64,000 nt of DNA from Antedon mediterranea (Eukaryota > Animalia > Echinodermata). This document shows, in pieces, positions 1-15,000 of the stretch. Under the pieces are notes generated by a model, which saw only the letters and a program-made list of their open reading frames with translations, searched no databases and had not been told where the DNA came from. The stretch covers positions 27,143,175 through 27,207,174 of the forward strand of contig NC_092677.1 of the NCBI RefSeq assembly GCF_964355755.1, in the 5' to 3' direction. Made by a program: the position numbers and the translations under genes. Position 1 is the stretch's first letter, and each line of letters opens with the position of its first letter.

Positions 1-63
1 TATTTTAAGATTTCTTTTTACTGGTATTTGTTTATATGTAAAAAAATCTTTATTTAATTTCAG

Positions 64-3000
64 ACAAGTTTTTATGGAATTTTGCAATAATGAGGACATA
101 CGACGTCTGTTTGTGTACTGCAAAGAGCCAAAGTCCACACTTGTCGTTTCACTTCACCCACCTATTAAATTGCTTGGCAAGGCCATGTTCTTCCTCAAAA
201 CAAACCAGGCTTCCAAGTTAACAAAGGACAATATCAGAGAGGATGTGGTGTATACAGACTGTAATGCTGTAGCCCTTAACCAGATTGATCTTCTTGCTAG
301 AGAGGTAATTTAACCGTGGATCAGTAGCGTAACGCAGAGGCCTGAGGCCACGTGTTTAGAAACCCTAAGTGGCGATGGAGGCCTCGGGCGTTTTTAGCCC
401 TTTTTAACATATTTTTATGTTGTAATTTTGTACATTGACATTATTATAAATGTGTAGTTTTGTAATGAAACTCAAAACGAAATGTGTTGGCTATAGAGTA
501 TCACGGTGCTGACGTCACGACAGTGGGTGGTGCTGCGTGGTTGAGCGCAACCAAAAATGCGTTCAACCTGCCTGAGTGACTCCAAAGCATCGAGATATCG
601 CATATCACTGCTCCAAGGTCACCAATGGTTTGGAATAGGCTTATTGAAGTAGTCATTTTAAAACATAATAATTTTCAATAAAAACAAACTAAAATTTCAA
701 AAGATCACTAAATATTTGTTTTTAATAATCTATTTACTCTTCAACTACAGTTTAAGTTAAAAAAAAAATCAAGCTAAGATACATAATTTGATAGAAATAC
801 AGATCTTTACAGTTTATCAACATAGTAGCGTTGAACGCATTTTTGGGTTGGCTAGCAACCATGCAGTGCTCTCTATCGTTGTGACGTCACAGCGTGATAC
901 TCTATAGTGAGAAAAGAACAAAAATAAAAATCAAGCTCTGATGATAATGATATTTCTTGATTCTCTATTCATAGGTTTACCTTCCATTACTTTGTACTGA
1001 TGGGGTTCAGACCTATGGTAGTGTCAGTGCAGATAAGTTGCTTGATATTTTGCATAGGATGATGGGTATGGCTGAGGTCACTGAAGGTCATCTAGAGGTA
1101 ATTGCAATATTATATCAAAATTGTTAGTCTTTAAATTTATCATAAAGTTTGATGACATGATGATATTTCAAATACAGAATTCAATATAACTTTTTGTATA
1201 TAATAATAATATCATGGATTTTTAAAATGTTTTTAAATTTTGTGAAACCACTAAGTGCTGTAAATATTATTACTCCCATAATGCAGCTAGTAATCAGCGC
1301 AAAGTTATGTCTTGACTTTACGGGTATGTCTTTGTTATTTTTAGGGCACAATAACTCTTCCTTTACCATCCATTGAGGTGCTAGCTGAGGCTGCGAATCT
1401 TCCAACCAGACGTGCAGCAGTAATCCATGTCTTGGAGTCTTCCGTTATTGGATGGATTAAACAAATACGAGTAAGAGATGGAAGATTAATTATTGTGTTT
1501 TATTTTATAGCTTTAGGTTGCGTCTACCCCTGCCTTGCCCAAACAGACTTGTATCCCTTATATCCATTATATCCCTTATATCCCTTATATCCCTTATATC
1601 CCTTATATACATTATATCCCTTGTATCCCTTGTATCCCTTGTATCCCTTGTATCCATTATATCCCTTATATCCCTTGTATCCCTTGTATCCCTTGTATCC
1701 ATTATATCCCTTGTATCCCTTATATCCCTTGTATCCCTTTTATCCATTATATCCCTTATATCCCTTATATCCCTTGTATCCCTTATATCCCTTATATCCC
1801 TTATATCCCTTGTATCCCTTGTATCCCTTGTATCCCTTGTATCCCTTATATCCATTATATCCCTTGTATCCCTTATATCCATTATATCCCTTATATCCCT
1901 TATATCCCTTATATCCCTTATATCCCTTATATCCCTTATATCCCTTATATCCCTTATATCCATTATATCCATTATATCCATTATATCCCTTATATCCCTT
2001 ATATCCCTTATATCCATTATATCCATTATATCCCTTATATCCCTTATATCCATTATATCCCTTATATCCATTATATCCCTTATATCCCTTCCTTGTTCAA
2101 CCTGCAAAATGAATGAATGTTACATTCTTATATTGTGGTTATCTACATCTGCATACCTACCATAAAGCTCTGTCCACACTATCAAACTTTATGTGAAAAA
2201 TATGATGTGCCTGATACAATGATGTCATATTACTGTACTACCCTATTTTAGCACATCACACTTTTTTGACAAACTAGTTTGATAGTGTAGACAGAGTTTT
2301 ATATTGTACATTGCATAACAATGATAACAATTTAATAAAATTTACATTTTCATCTATACACGACATAGTGCTTAACATGTTATGCATTTTCTTGCAGTTG
2401 GTGTTGAAACATGAGCCACTACAGGAGTTAGCAGATCAGTTTGGGACTCATCCAGGACCAATGGATGAGTTGGTGCTATGGAAACAACGTCAGGCTAAGC
2501 TGAGATCAATCGATGCTCAGCTAGACTCAGCTGTAGCCAGTGACATACTGCTTAACTTGCATGAAGCTAATAGCACTTATTCACACTCATTTCATAATGT
2601 GAGAAAAGAGATCTCACAGGTAAGATACACACTGTTATTAAGATATTGGTGGCTGGTTGATAATGTTGACCATTTATTCATCGTCTCCTTTCCATCCTCA
2701 TTCCTGCCTCCAAACGATTTCTTTTTCTTTATTCTTCTCTTTTTCTTCTCCCTCCTAATTATTCTTGTTTAATTCTCTTACCTTTTTCCCTTCCATAATT
2801 TTACTATCACCTCACATTGTTCTTTTCTGGTCATCTCCTCATCCTTCCTCCTCCTTTCATCCTTTTGATTCTCTTCATTTACTTTATATTGCAGGCTATT
2901 AGTGAAACATCAGAAAACCTAAGATATCTGAAGACATTGCAACCATGGTTTGAACAGCTTCATATGGCTTACACCCCTGCAACGATGCTCAATATCTTCC

Positions 3001-6000
3001 CACCCCTGGTACACACGTTAATGCTAGTGTGGTCTCACTCAAGGTAAATCTAAGTGATGCTCAACATACTATTTTAATAAACTAAGATTACTACTTAATA
3101 TGCTATGACAGCAAAGCTTCCACGTAAATGTATGAAGATACTTTAATATGCCGTTTTCACATCTTCTAGCAAAACGCCATAGTTAACACAGATTGGGATG
3201 TCAACTGTGGCATTTGTATGTTTTGAGTTCCTTTTCTTGCTCTTTTACTGGTATAAGGGCGTGTGGCGCAGTGTGTTGGACGTTGGACTACCGATCGTCA
3301 GACCTAGGTTTGAATCCAACTCTCGCCGCATTGCTTGTATCCGTAGGCAAGATACTTTACTTACGTTGCCTCTCTCCACCCAGGTGTATAAATGGGTACC
3401 CAGTTAGATCTAGACACAACTTTGCGCTGGTTACCGGCTGCATTATGGGAGTATGTTTCCATACGTGTTTGATCCCAAAAAATACTGGGGTAATAATGCT
3501 TGTAAAGCGCCTTTGAGCATGATTACTCATGAAAAGGGCGCTATATAAATGTGGTATTATTATATTATTATTATATTATTATATTATTATTATATTATTA
3601 TATTATTATTATTATCTTTCAAAAACCAATTAATACTTTAATTGTAGTTAGGTACGTAACGTAAAGTACCCAAGGTTTTCTAATATTTAATACTACTTTT
3701 TTAGATATTATCATAATCCAAGCAACTTCCACAATTTACTAAGACTCGTCTCTAATGAGGTGGTTGCTAGAGCTGAGAACTTGGTTGGAGATCACATCTT
3801 AAAAAACACTCTTGAGGTATGTTCTATGGAATTGATATATTTTGATTTTCGTCAGTCACTAATATGCAAATTGGTTGAGGAACATGGTTAAAATAAATAA
3901 GTTCAACATAACATCGTAACATATTGATTGATTGATTGAAATATATATTTATACTGGGTAACCTCTTCAGTCAAAGACTGGTCTCCCAGAGGGCCCAGTT
4001 GGTGATTAGTGGCTATGATGTACTAATACACCGGGGTAACCCCCTACTCGTCTCGAAAGATGTACTATATTCTTTAAAGTGCACATGAGCTAGATGTGTA
4101 CACTGGCCCTACGGTTTATAGTTGTTATCCGAGAAGACTCGTTCTACCACCAGAACCATGGAGTGAGTGAGCCTCGAACCCCTGCCGATGTTATGGCTAC
4201 GTTATTACGGTTCCACTGTCTTACCGCTCGACCACTCACATAGACATATAATATAACAATGGTTTTAACTTGATGATAACAATGATAATAGCAATGGTGT
4301 TTGTTTTGTTGTATTTAGTCGTACGCTGGTTTGAAGGATGCTTTACGTGTGAGCGCAGCTTTCCGGGGCACCTACCTTGACATGAAAGACAGAGCAGATG
4401 AAGTCAACATGGAACGTGTATCTGAGTCTACAGAAGCAATGTAAGTAACACAAAAGTCATTATACTCTGATGTTTACTGGAATCGTGCTAATATTCAATG
4501 TTGTTTAAAGCTCTGTCTACACTATCAAACTAGTTGATGTGCCCAAATATGGTAGTGATGTGCCCAAATATGGTAGTGATTTGACATCATCATGTCCACA
4601 TATGGGCACATCACATTTTTTTGTTTGTCACATAATGTTTGATAGTGAAGACAGAGCTTTACAAATGTTTATGGCTTATCTGCACCTCTAAATTGATTTA
4701 ACAAATGTTTTAATTCATAGGACAATGAACCCACCAAAAGGTATGCTGTACAACACAAAGCTATATTCAACAGCAAGTCGCCGAAAGACACGCACACCGA
4801 CAACGGATATGTTCCGGACTACCAGTGCGTTGAGTGTACTTGTGATACAGGAGGACGAGTGGATTGACTCACCTTGGCCACAGCGCAATGCGACCTGCTT
4901 CAATCTCATGAACAGCTTCATGGAAAGGTAAATTGCAAAGTTATTTTTATATTTATTATTTTAAATAGCATTTAAATTATTTATGCACCTAACAAATTAG
5001 TATAGATCAACTGGATTAAACATTGCTATTACCTTACTTAATGCAGTTTGTAAATTGTAATCTTTGTGTTTTCCTTAAATGTGGGAGTATAACATGTGTT
5101 TTTCAGCCTAACTAAGCTGAATTGCGCACAGGTTTGGATGACACATACAATACATTCTTGTCCCCTAAGGTCCATTCCCATCAAGTGCTGCCACCAAACA
5201 TTCCCGTTTGTCTGTCAATAACATCTCTGGGCTTCATTTCATCATTGTTAATTGAAGGAACCAACCGATGCTAGTTGAAAATTAGAATGTTCTTTATTTG
5301 TATACTAATCTATAAACATCTGACCTCTACTAATCTTATTTCTATTTAGATGTAATGATCTTCTGGAATTGGTGCAGACCACAGGACATTTCAACCTATT
5401 GCAAAATGCAGCAGAAGTAGGAGGCGCTGGCACAAAAAGTCTTGATGCGTTAGTACGAGAGATCCATAAACAGTTCGCTGAAAGCATGGATTCTTTTAAT
5501 AGTAACGTGGCAAACATCTTGGATTTGACAGCAACACAGGCATTTGAAAGAGCTTTCTTCCAGTTCAGAACTACAGTTAAGGTGAGTTTGAGTAAAGTAG
5601 TTTATAAATTAAGTACAGTAGTGGGTAAATTTAATTAAGCAGTCTTTAATTTAATCTTAAAAACTATATTTCACTTAAGCCTACAGTAGTCTACTGTAAA
5701 CGTAACCAAAGTTTGCAAACAAAATGTTGGCAAAGTTTTCCAGTAGGTTTTAAATACAAACTGAAGTAAACAAAACGGATTAAACCATTAAAAAAATTCA
5801 CAGGATCTTGAAAGGCAGTTGGCATTTGTCTTGCGACAAAGTTTTCAGCAGTGTCCAACAATTGGATCTCAGCTGCGTTTGCTGGAAGTTTTTGAAGGCA
5901 TCAGTAGTCGTGAACTGGTGCAGAAGCACTTGAAAGACAAAGACAGTCAACTGGTGATGTCTTTTACCGCAGAATTGATCTCCGTAAGGAACATGTACTT

Positions 6001-9000
6001 CAGGTGGAGGAAGACGCCGCCTCAACATTCTAATTTCCCTCCAGTTGTCAGCAGACTTATATGGATCCGAGCACTGCGAAGAAGAATTCAGGTTAGTGGA
6101 TTTTGGTTTTTATTTGATGCAGTTTGGTTACTATACATGTTAATTACAGTAAAAAATACAATCGAAGATAAGATTAAAAATTATCTTCTGTATACAGTAC
6201 AGTAGGCCTCTTGGATCCAATGAAAACAATAATTTGACAAATTGCTTATTTATAGGAGCCAATGGAGAAGTTGAAACGGATAAGTCCGCATTCTCTAGAG
6301 GGCGACACAGGCTGGCATCTTAGAGATCAGTTTGCTGAAGCAATGAAAGAATTCACTGAATATGAGGAGAAAACAATTACTGATTGGCGAACAAACATAC
6401 AATCTGAGCTGCATGATAGAGTCAAGCAGCCATTGCTGGTAAGTTTCAATCAATTATAATCTATTGTTTGTAATAGTTTTCTCTTTATTCTGTTGATCAA
6501 GTTGATCAATCAAAGATAAAAACACAGAAAAGTACAAAAAGCAACTTATTTTCACCTTAAATATTTTTTCTTCATTTTAATTTGGTGAAATATAATTAAA
6601 AACATGAATTTTTTTTCTCGTAAAGGTTGCTGATGAATTCAGCGATGATGTTGAAATGCGACCACAACTGGTTCATGTTAACTTAGACCCCGATCTTCTC
6701 CTACTCTTACGAGAAGTTCACTATTTATCGCAAGAACCATTCAACATAAAATTACCGGACAATGTTCGCACAGTGCTGCGGCATATCAATGGTAACCTGC
6801 TGAGAACGAAGGGTGCCAGACTTGAGACGATTGTCGCCAAGTATAATTCTGTTATGAAGTGCCTGGTAGACTTTGAGAGGCCTTTGTTTGAAAGAAAGTT
6901 GACAAAGATTGATCATGTAAGTACAACTCAGAAAAATGTTACGGTTCATGATATAAATTGGGATACACCTATTCAAAGGACACTCCTGAACTTTCCTGTG
7001 AACTGAATGAGGAGCAGTATGTTATATTCCATCGAACCACTATTCAGCGACATCCCAATGTACTGGTACTGGTTCAAGTGACCGTCTACATAGAGACATC
7101 TGGTAGCCATTGACATAAAGTTGGCATATAGATTAATACTACTTTGAAGTGTACACAATATTTTGTGTTTTCTGAGAGTGAAATGCTACAGATATTGCAA
7201 TAAATTACATAAAGTGGATCTTAATAGTCTTTCTTTAGAGGAGTTCTATTTTGTTGAAAGGAATGGTAAAGGAATGGTCAAGCAATAATGTAAATGAGGT
7301 GATTTTTTTCTCTCACAGATTTACTTATTTGAATGTTTTACATGTTTCATTCTTTCACACTAGTTATTTGACCAAGGCTTGAACCACTACACATGGCAAA
7401 TGACCGAGAGTGCCGATTTTATTGAACTAGCTTCATCATTGGTCAGCCTTGACCTTCATCGGACATTGGCGGTAATACAGACCAACTGTCAAGAGATGGT
7501 GGACATTACACAGTGCTGGACATCTGCTGGTCTGGATGTGTTTACATCAAGAGATCCAGAGAAAAGCTACTCCATGGATAAACTTATCAAATGGCAAATG
7601 TTAGTAGTTTATTCACATTAATTTCATAGAATACAATTTGAATTAATGACAGGAATTATTTAAGTAACTTTATCCAACAACTTTTATTCACTTAATATTT
7701 TAAATACTTTTCTTTCTAGAACACTGAACGAAGAGTTTGAACGTCAAGTGAAACCATCTGGGCAGAGAATCCATTCTCTTCTCATTAACTCATTCCAGGT
7801 AAAGCCCATCTTAAAGCTCTGTCTACACTATCAAACTAGTTTGACAAAAAAGTATGATGTGCCCAAATAAGTTAGTGATACTGTATTCCCAAATATGGTA
7901 GTGATATGACATCATCATGTCCTTATATGGGTACATCACCATTTTTTGTCACATAGCTTTAGTCTGTAGATCTATATTTTTCTTTTCAGTAGAATTAATA
8001 ATAAATAGATGTTTAATGTTTAAAATGTATGTTTTATAGGCTGTACAGATAAGTGCTGCGTCTCCAGCTTGGGAAGACTATGTGGAACACATTGATGCGC
8101 TCGTTTTGGATGGACTCAAAGAAGCTACACTGAAATCATTGCGCAATATGCTTAATACGTTGGTACACTGTAACTTGGCAGAGGTAAACGCTTAGTTTAT
8201 TTTATTTTGGTTATGTGTATTAATCAGTTTTAAACGATTGTATAGAATGCATATATTAAGGGGCTTTCATACCTGTTCTGGGGTGTTACTAGTCAGGCGC
8301 TGCCAAATCAAATCGAACCTCAATGTTTCGTTTTCACACGGCTATGAGTATACTGATTGGCACATAGCCACATAGAGCGTTGTGAAAATAAAACATTCAA
8401 TTTTATTTGCTGGCGCCTAACCAGAACTGGGTGGATAAAAGATGTGAAAGACCCTTCAGTTTAAACCAAGACTTAAATGGCTTAATTTCAACATGAATTC
8501 CATGACATCATTTCAACTTTGGTGTTAAGTTTTATAATGCTTTATCTTTCAGGAGGAGTCCATTCCAATTCTCACCATCCGCTTGGAACTGATAGAAAAC
8601 GCTGTGTCATTCACGCCACCATTGGATTTCAACACAGCTGTTACATGCGTGGAAGAAGAGGTTGAACGATGGCTTGACATGTACAAATCTCGCGGCTTAT
8701 TAGTACCCATGCTTAATCCAGAAGCTGAGGTTTGTCACATCTTGATTTCTTTTTTATATTATTAGTAAACAATACTATATAGTGCAAAGTATAATAACAA
8801 GTGCTTAATGAATGATACTAGTGTAGTATCTGGTAAAATTCATGTTAGTATTAAGCTGCAAAAGTGTTTAAATTTCAGAAATATTTTATTTCTGGTACTG
8901 GTGAATTTAAGAAAGTGTATTGGTTGTTTTTCAGGGAGGTTACCAAGATTATATTTCATTAGATGAAGAAGTACTTAAACTGTCAGATGATATAACCATA

Positions 9001-12000
9001 TTAGTGAGAGAAAACAGCTTTGATTGCAAGGTATTCAAATTTATTAGAATTTGTACAATTACATCTAGTTTAATTTATAATTATAAGCATTTTCTATTTT
9101 CCTGTTTTTAAATTTAAAATGTTTCTTGTGATAGAAACTGTTGGAGCTGTTTCAAAACTACACTTTCCTCTGGATGCAAGATATAAGCGAAACATTCGAC
9201 GAATTTCTGTATGGACGTTTAAGCCCCACGCCAACAGGGTCACCAGATAAGAGTGCTCTCATGCGGTCGGTGGCTTCCGCTAGATCTGCAAAGTCTGCTC
9301 GCAGCGGAAGGTAGGTAATACTACTGTACAACTAGTGTAGCACTAGACTAGATATTAAATAGCATGCATGTTATACATTTCAGAATTTTTGTGAATAAAT
9401 TGCAAGTTATTTTCATTAATATTAATTATATAAATAAATAAAATTGTAAAAATATAATACACAGTTGCCTGTCTTTCTCTCTCTCTCAAACACAAAGGCA
9501 ATGCATATGTCAACTTCAGTCAATGACAGCCTTGGTCGAAAATTGCTAACCAAACAAGAACACATTATTTAACCTTTGATCGATTTCCTTTGATAGACCC
9601 AGTTCAACATTATTTAACCTTTGACCGATTTCCTTTGATAGAGCCAGTTCAGCCTCTAATAGCATCGGTAGAGCAGGATTGATGGGGACTGCAGAGAAGT
9701 CATTTCTGACACCAAAAGACTCGTCAGATGATAATATCAACGTGCCATCTCTTGACATGTTTGATGCAGAAATCGATGTTTACAGGGTATTTACTTCGTT
9801 TTCTAATTTTGTACTCTTTCGATTTATGGCTTATGAGTTACTGGTAAAATATTTAGACTCACATTAACAAAGAATCAACAAATTGCCTTAAAGCGTGGTT
9901 CTGACTAGAGACGCAGTGCAATTCTTTCGATGTTGCCTGGCGTTGTTGCATATTTATTTGATTTCCCATAGCGATATTTGCAGCACTGTTATGTCATCGG
10001 TTCCCACATTATGCAATGCATCGATATATCGTTGCGTTGCATTCTAGTGGGAACCTTGCTTTAGATAAAAAAATTAATTTTTACAGCGATCACGAGATGA
10101 GATTGGTAACATAATGGACTACACAGATGTGGGCTGGCTACGAGTTGACATGACCCCAATCAAACAAGTGTTAACAACTTACACAAACAGGTGGATGTGG
10201 ACGTTCATCAAATATCTATCGGACCAAGTAAAGACTATTTATACATTTATTAATAACCATTATATGTCAATAAAGTCTGGAGAGGAAATAGGCACCACTA
10301 TGAGATATGCCTTATGCCTGTGTATTGTATCATGATGAGTACTACTACTGTATCTCATCAACTACGCCCCTACAATCATCATTGGACAACTAGAACTAGA
10401 TAAAGTTATTAGAGAATGGGCCCAGTATATGCATGCATTCCTGTGCATGTGTGTACTTCATGAGATAGGTTCTATCAGAAATAAGCTTTGAATAGTAATG
10501 CTTTATTACATACAGGATGTATCAGATCCATGTTTTGCGGTTACATTTATTTTTGTATTATAAGGTTTATTGCAAATAGTTTGAGTGATGCATGATGGGA
10601 AGGAATTGGGAGAAACAGCGCCACCACCAGTGCATAAAGTTGTTATATTGTAGCAATATTGCTCCCAAATCCTTGCGAAATCAAGCCATTTGTGATAAAC
10701 CTTATTGTACAATACTTAGCTTTTTTTACAAATTTATTCTATTCCAAACTGTGTATTAGAGTACTGACTTAAACTACCAAATGCTGTAAACTAACTTTGT
10801 TAAACTTAACACAATTCACTTTCCATTTGCATTGGCAGGTAACAGATATGCTTCAGGATTTAGATGATTTCCTTAAAAGAACTGAGCCAGAGATTGAGAG
10901 CATCACAGGTGAAGAGAGAGACACAGCTTCTTTTATGAAAATGATGAGGTTGTTTAATAAAGTGAGTTCTCATTCATTGTTATCTTCACTCAGATAAATT
11001 CAACCATGCATTAAGCTAAGCTATCAAACTTTATGTGGCAAATAAATATATGGACATGATGATGTGATATCACTACCAGATTTGGACATATCACTACCAT
11101 ATTTGGGCACATCACACTTTTTTTGTCAAACGAGTTTGATAGTGTAGACAGACCTCATTTATGAATAAGCTTCCATTCTAGAACAAATAATTTATTTTTG
11201 TTCATTGAACCGCCGGACATGTGCTTTAAATGCTACTTCTCTCCCTTTGAAAAGTCTTTACATTACCTCTTCATTACAAGTGTTTTTGGTTTTTTTAGGT
11301 TTCTGCTAAACAGCAAGAGATGGATGGTAAATTTACAGCGATGAATCGGACTGTCTTGTTGATAAAAAAGTACGGCCACACTCTGCCGCATACAACTCAG
11401 AAACTGTTTGAAGCTGCTCCCAGTCGCTGGAATAATCTTAAAACTAAGGTGTCATTAGCTAAGCAGCGATTGGGTCCTAGGATTCAAGAGGAATCTGCTA
11501 GGATCACAAAGGTTTGTATAGTCAACTCTACCAATACCGGACTCTCTGAAAAACGAGAAACTCTCCCAAAATCAGATACTCTCCCAAAACCAGACTTTCT
11601 CCAAAAACAGACTTTTCTTGATGTCCAAAATGTCCCAAATTCATTTTTACCATTAAAAACATATTCCAACTTTCCAGAAAACCAGACAAATTGCTTGTGA
11701 CCTTGCTGCTTAAGCTTGGTTCCCACTAGAACATAACGCAAGGACGTTAACCAATGACAAGCGAAGTTATAGACAGTTAGCAATCACAAGCGAATAAGCC
11801 ATCGCTTGTGATTGGTCAATTCACTTGCGTTGCGTTACGTCCTTGCGTTGCGTCGCTAGTGGGAACCACGCTTTACTAGGTGCTGCCTCATCATTTAAAA
11901 GCTTTTTATTTAGTAATAATAGAACAAATTGATTGTATTATTTTTCTCGATATACTAGTTAACTTATTTTTACCTGTTAGGATCTGGCTGCATTTGGAGA

Positions 12001-15000
12001 GCGTGTAGAAGAGTTGAGCCGATCTTTGAGGACATCAGATGTCTACTCCAGAGAATGTGGAATGGAGAATGCCTTTGGAATTATCAGTAGGTTCTTTGAA
12101 CACCTGGACAAGCTGGAAAATGAAGCTCAGGTAATTTGCATATTTGAATAATTGATTATCTAAATTTACTGTACATACCTTGGTTTGAGTATAGTTTTGA
12201 TAAATTAATTTAGAAAAGGTTATATTTTAAGATTATGGCATAAAATTACTACAAACGTAGTAAAGTAGTTTGTTATTAACGTTTTGTTTTTTGAATTCAT
12301 TCATGTTTTGCCACCTCATGTAGTTCCTAGTTTTCCTTTCTCGTGGTAAGAATAATATATAACATTTAATTATTTGTTGGTTTTTCTGCTTTCTTTTGTA
12401 CAAAGTATCCTTAAAGCAATATAACAAAGCACTACATTATATCACATTATTGTGTATGTTCTATAAAAGGCAAAGCTTGCATTTTTCTTACAGTATCAGT
12501 ACTAGTATGTTATACCAGTACATACTGTACTATAACACTAGTAATTTATTCAATTATATATATTATATTATTATTGTTTTGAAAAGTTTGTGTAATATTA
12601 GATACTCCATAGTAAATTATTAGTTCTATGTTCAAGCTTAAATTTGAATGTACATAAAGCTCTGTCTACACTATCAAACTTTATGTGCCCATAGACATAA
12701 TGATGTCATACATATTTAGGCATAAGACTACCTACCATATTTGATCACATCACACTTTGTCAAACTAGTTTGATAGTTTAGACAGAGCTTTAGATCATGC
12801 ATTTACTTCTTTGAATGTACAAGTCTGGTTTATTTACTTTCATTTTAATTTCAGGATTTAATTGAACTACAAGAGTTGCTAGAGACTGCTGTGGTGAACT
12901 TTTCAATCCTTCCAGAGTAAGTGTTACCAACTAAGCACTGGCTACTGCTATTACAATCATTAATTTAACTTAAGTGTTACCAACTAAGCACTGACTACTG
13001 CTATTACAATCATTAATTTAACTTAAGTGTTACCAACTAAGCACTGACTACTGCTATTACAATCATTAATTTAACTTAAGTATTATAAGATAATAAACTG
13101 TTTTATGTTGATGCCATTTGTAAAACCTGTCGATTTATTTCATTTCAGATGTCGTCATGAGCTGCGTAATCTCCAGCAGGTATGGGAGACGGTTCAAGAG
13201 GTCGACGACCAACAGGAGCAATGGAAGCAAGAGAGTTGGCAGAAAATGAACACAAAGTATCTAAGAGATGCGACAAATGACCAACTGAATATGGTGCGGT
13301 CACTTCCAGAGGATGTCCAGACATGGGACGTTTATTTACATATGCAGGAGTCTATTCTTGTCATTCAGGTACGTTTTGAGCAGAAAACATTTTTATGTTT
13401 TGTGGGATATCAAAAAAGCTCTGTCTACACTGTCAAACTTTATGTGCCTGTATATGAACATATACTACCATATTTGGGTATATCACTACCATATTTGGAC
13501 ACATCACACTTTTTTTATAAACAGAGCTTAAGTAATAAAGAAAATAATAAAATAAATTGTTGTTGATTGTGACTTGTTTCTTGTAGGCTTGTCTACCTCT
13601 TATTGATGATCTTAGTAATCAAGCCATGAGGACTCGGCACTGGAAACAACTAGTGAGGGTGACAGGTGGCATCTTGCAGATTGACAATGAGAGTCTCAAG
13701 AGAATGACACTTGGGCAACTTCTACAACTTGGATTGCAAAGTAAACACTTATTTATTTTATTAGCAAAGAAAGAGTAACTTCCAACTTTGCTACTAAATT
13801 CAATTTATTTCCTCTTATGTAAACACCACCTAGAACCAACCTTAAATCTTACCTAAGGGCTTCTTTGCTCAGGCACCAGAGATCTAGAACCAACCTTAAA
13901 TCTTACCTAAGGGCTTCTTTGCTCAGGCACCAGAGATCTAGAACCAACCTTAAATCTTACCTAAGGGCTTCTTTGCTCAGGCACCAGAGATCTAGAACCA
14001 ACCTTAAATCTTACCTAAGGGCTTCTTTGCTCAGGCACCAGAGATCTAGAACCAACCTTAAATCTTACCTAAGGGCTTCTTTGCTCAGGCACCAGAGATC
14101 TAGAACCAACCTTAAATCTTACCTAAGGGCTTCTTTGCTCAGGCACCAGAGATCTAGAACCAACCTTAAATCTTACCTAAGGGCTTCTTTGCTCAGGCAC
14201 CAGAGATCTAGAACCAACCTTAAATCTTACCTAAGGGCTTCCTTGCTCAGGCACCAGAGATCTAGAACCAACCTTAAATCTTACCTAAGGGCTTCTTTGC
14301 TCAGGCACCAGAGATCTAGAACCAACCTTAAATCTTACCTAAGGGCTTCTTTGCTCAGGCACCAGAGATCTAGAACCAACCTTAAATCTTACCTAAGGGC
14401 TTCTTTGCTCAGGCACCAGAGATCTAGAACCAACCTTAAATCTTACCTAAGGGCTTCCTTGCTCAGGCACCAGAGATCTAGAACCAACCTTAAATCTTAC
14501 CTAAGGGCTTCCTTGCTCAGGCACCAGAGATCTAGAACCAACCTTAAATCTTACCTAAGGGCTTCTTTGCTCAGGCACCAGAGATCTAGAACCAAATTCC
14601 TTGTTCCATCCATTACACTCCATCCCCTTTTCAATTCAAATCTCTCCTGAAAACTCACCTATTTTAATAGTTATTCTTTTCATGTTGTGAGACTCCAGTA
14701 AAGAGCGCTTTAAAAAGTTTGATATTATTATTACTTAAAAAAATTCAGAATACATGGAAGGAAGTAGTATGTTGTACATTTTTGTTATTTCAGATCATGT
14801 GGATGAGGTTCGAGCTATTGTGTATCGTGCTGTGAAAGACGTCTCAATAGAGAGCGCCCTCAAAACATATGAAGAGATCTGGTTGAGTAAGATCTTTGAC
14901 TTAAAGACACATGTTCGTACTTCTGCTATTGCTGATCGTGTCGAAAAAGATGTGAGTCAAATTGTTGATGTTTTGTTTCTTGTGAACCAATAAATCTTGC

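Noticed and set aside
1505-2165. Long YPL/ISL/IPY/DIR repeat ORFs
   Set aside because: By-products of a stop-free 9-bp minisatellite in an intron; the real exon ends at 1470.
3257-3330. tRNA gene
   Set aside because: Has A/B boxes but no convincing cloverleaf, and runs directly into a SINE core and L2-like tail.
13830-14596. CRISPR-like array or 261-aa repeat protein
   Set aside because: Units are contiguous identical 54-mers with no unique spacers, the context is eukaryotic, and the array lies inside an intron whose flanking exons join in frame.
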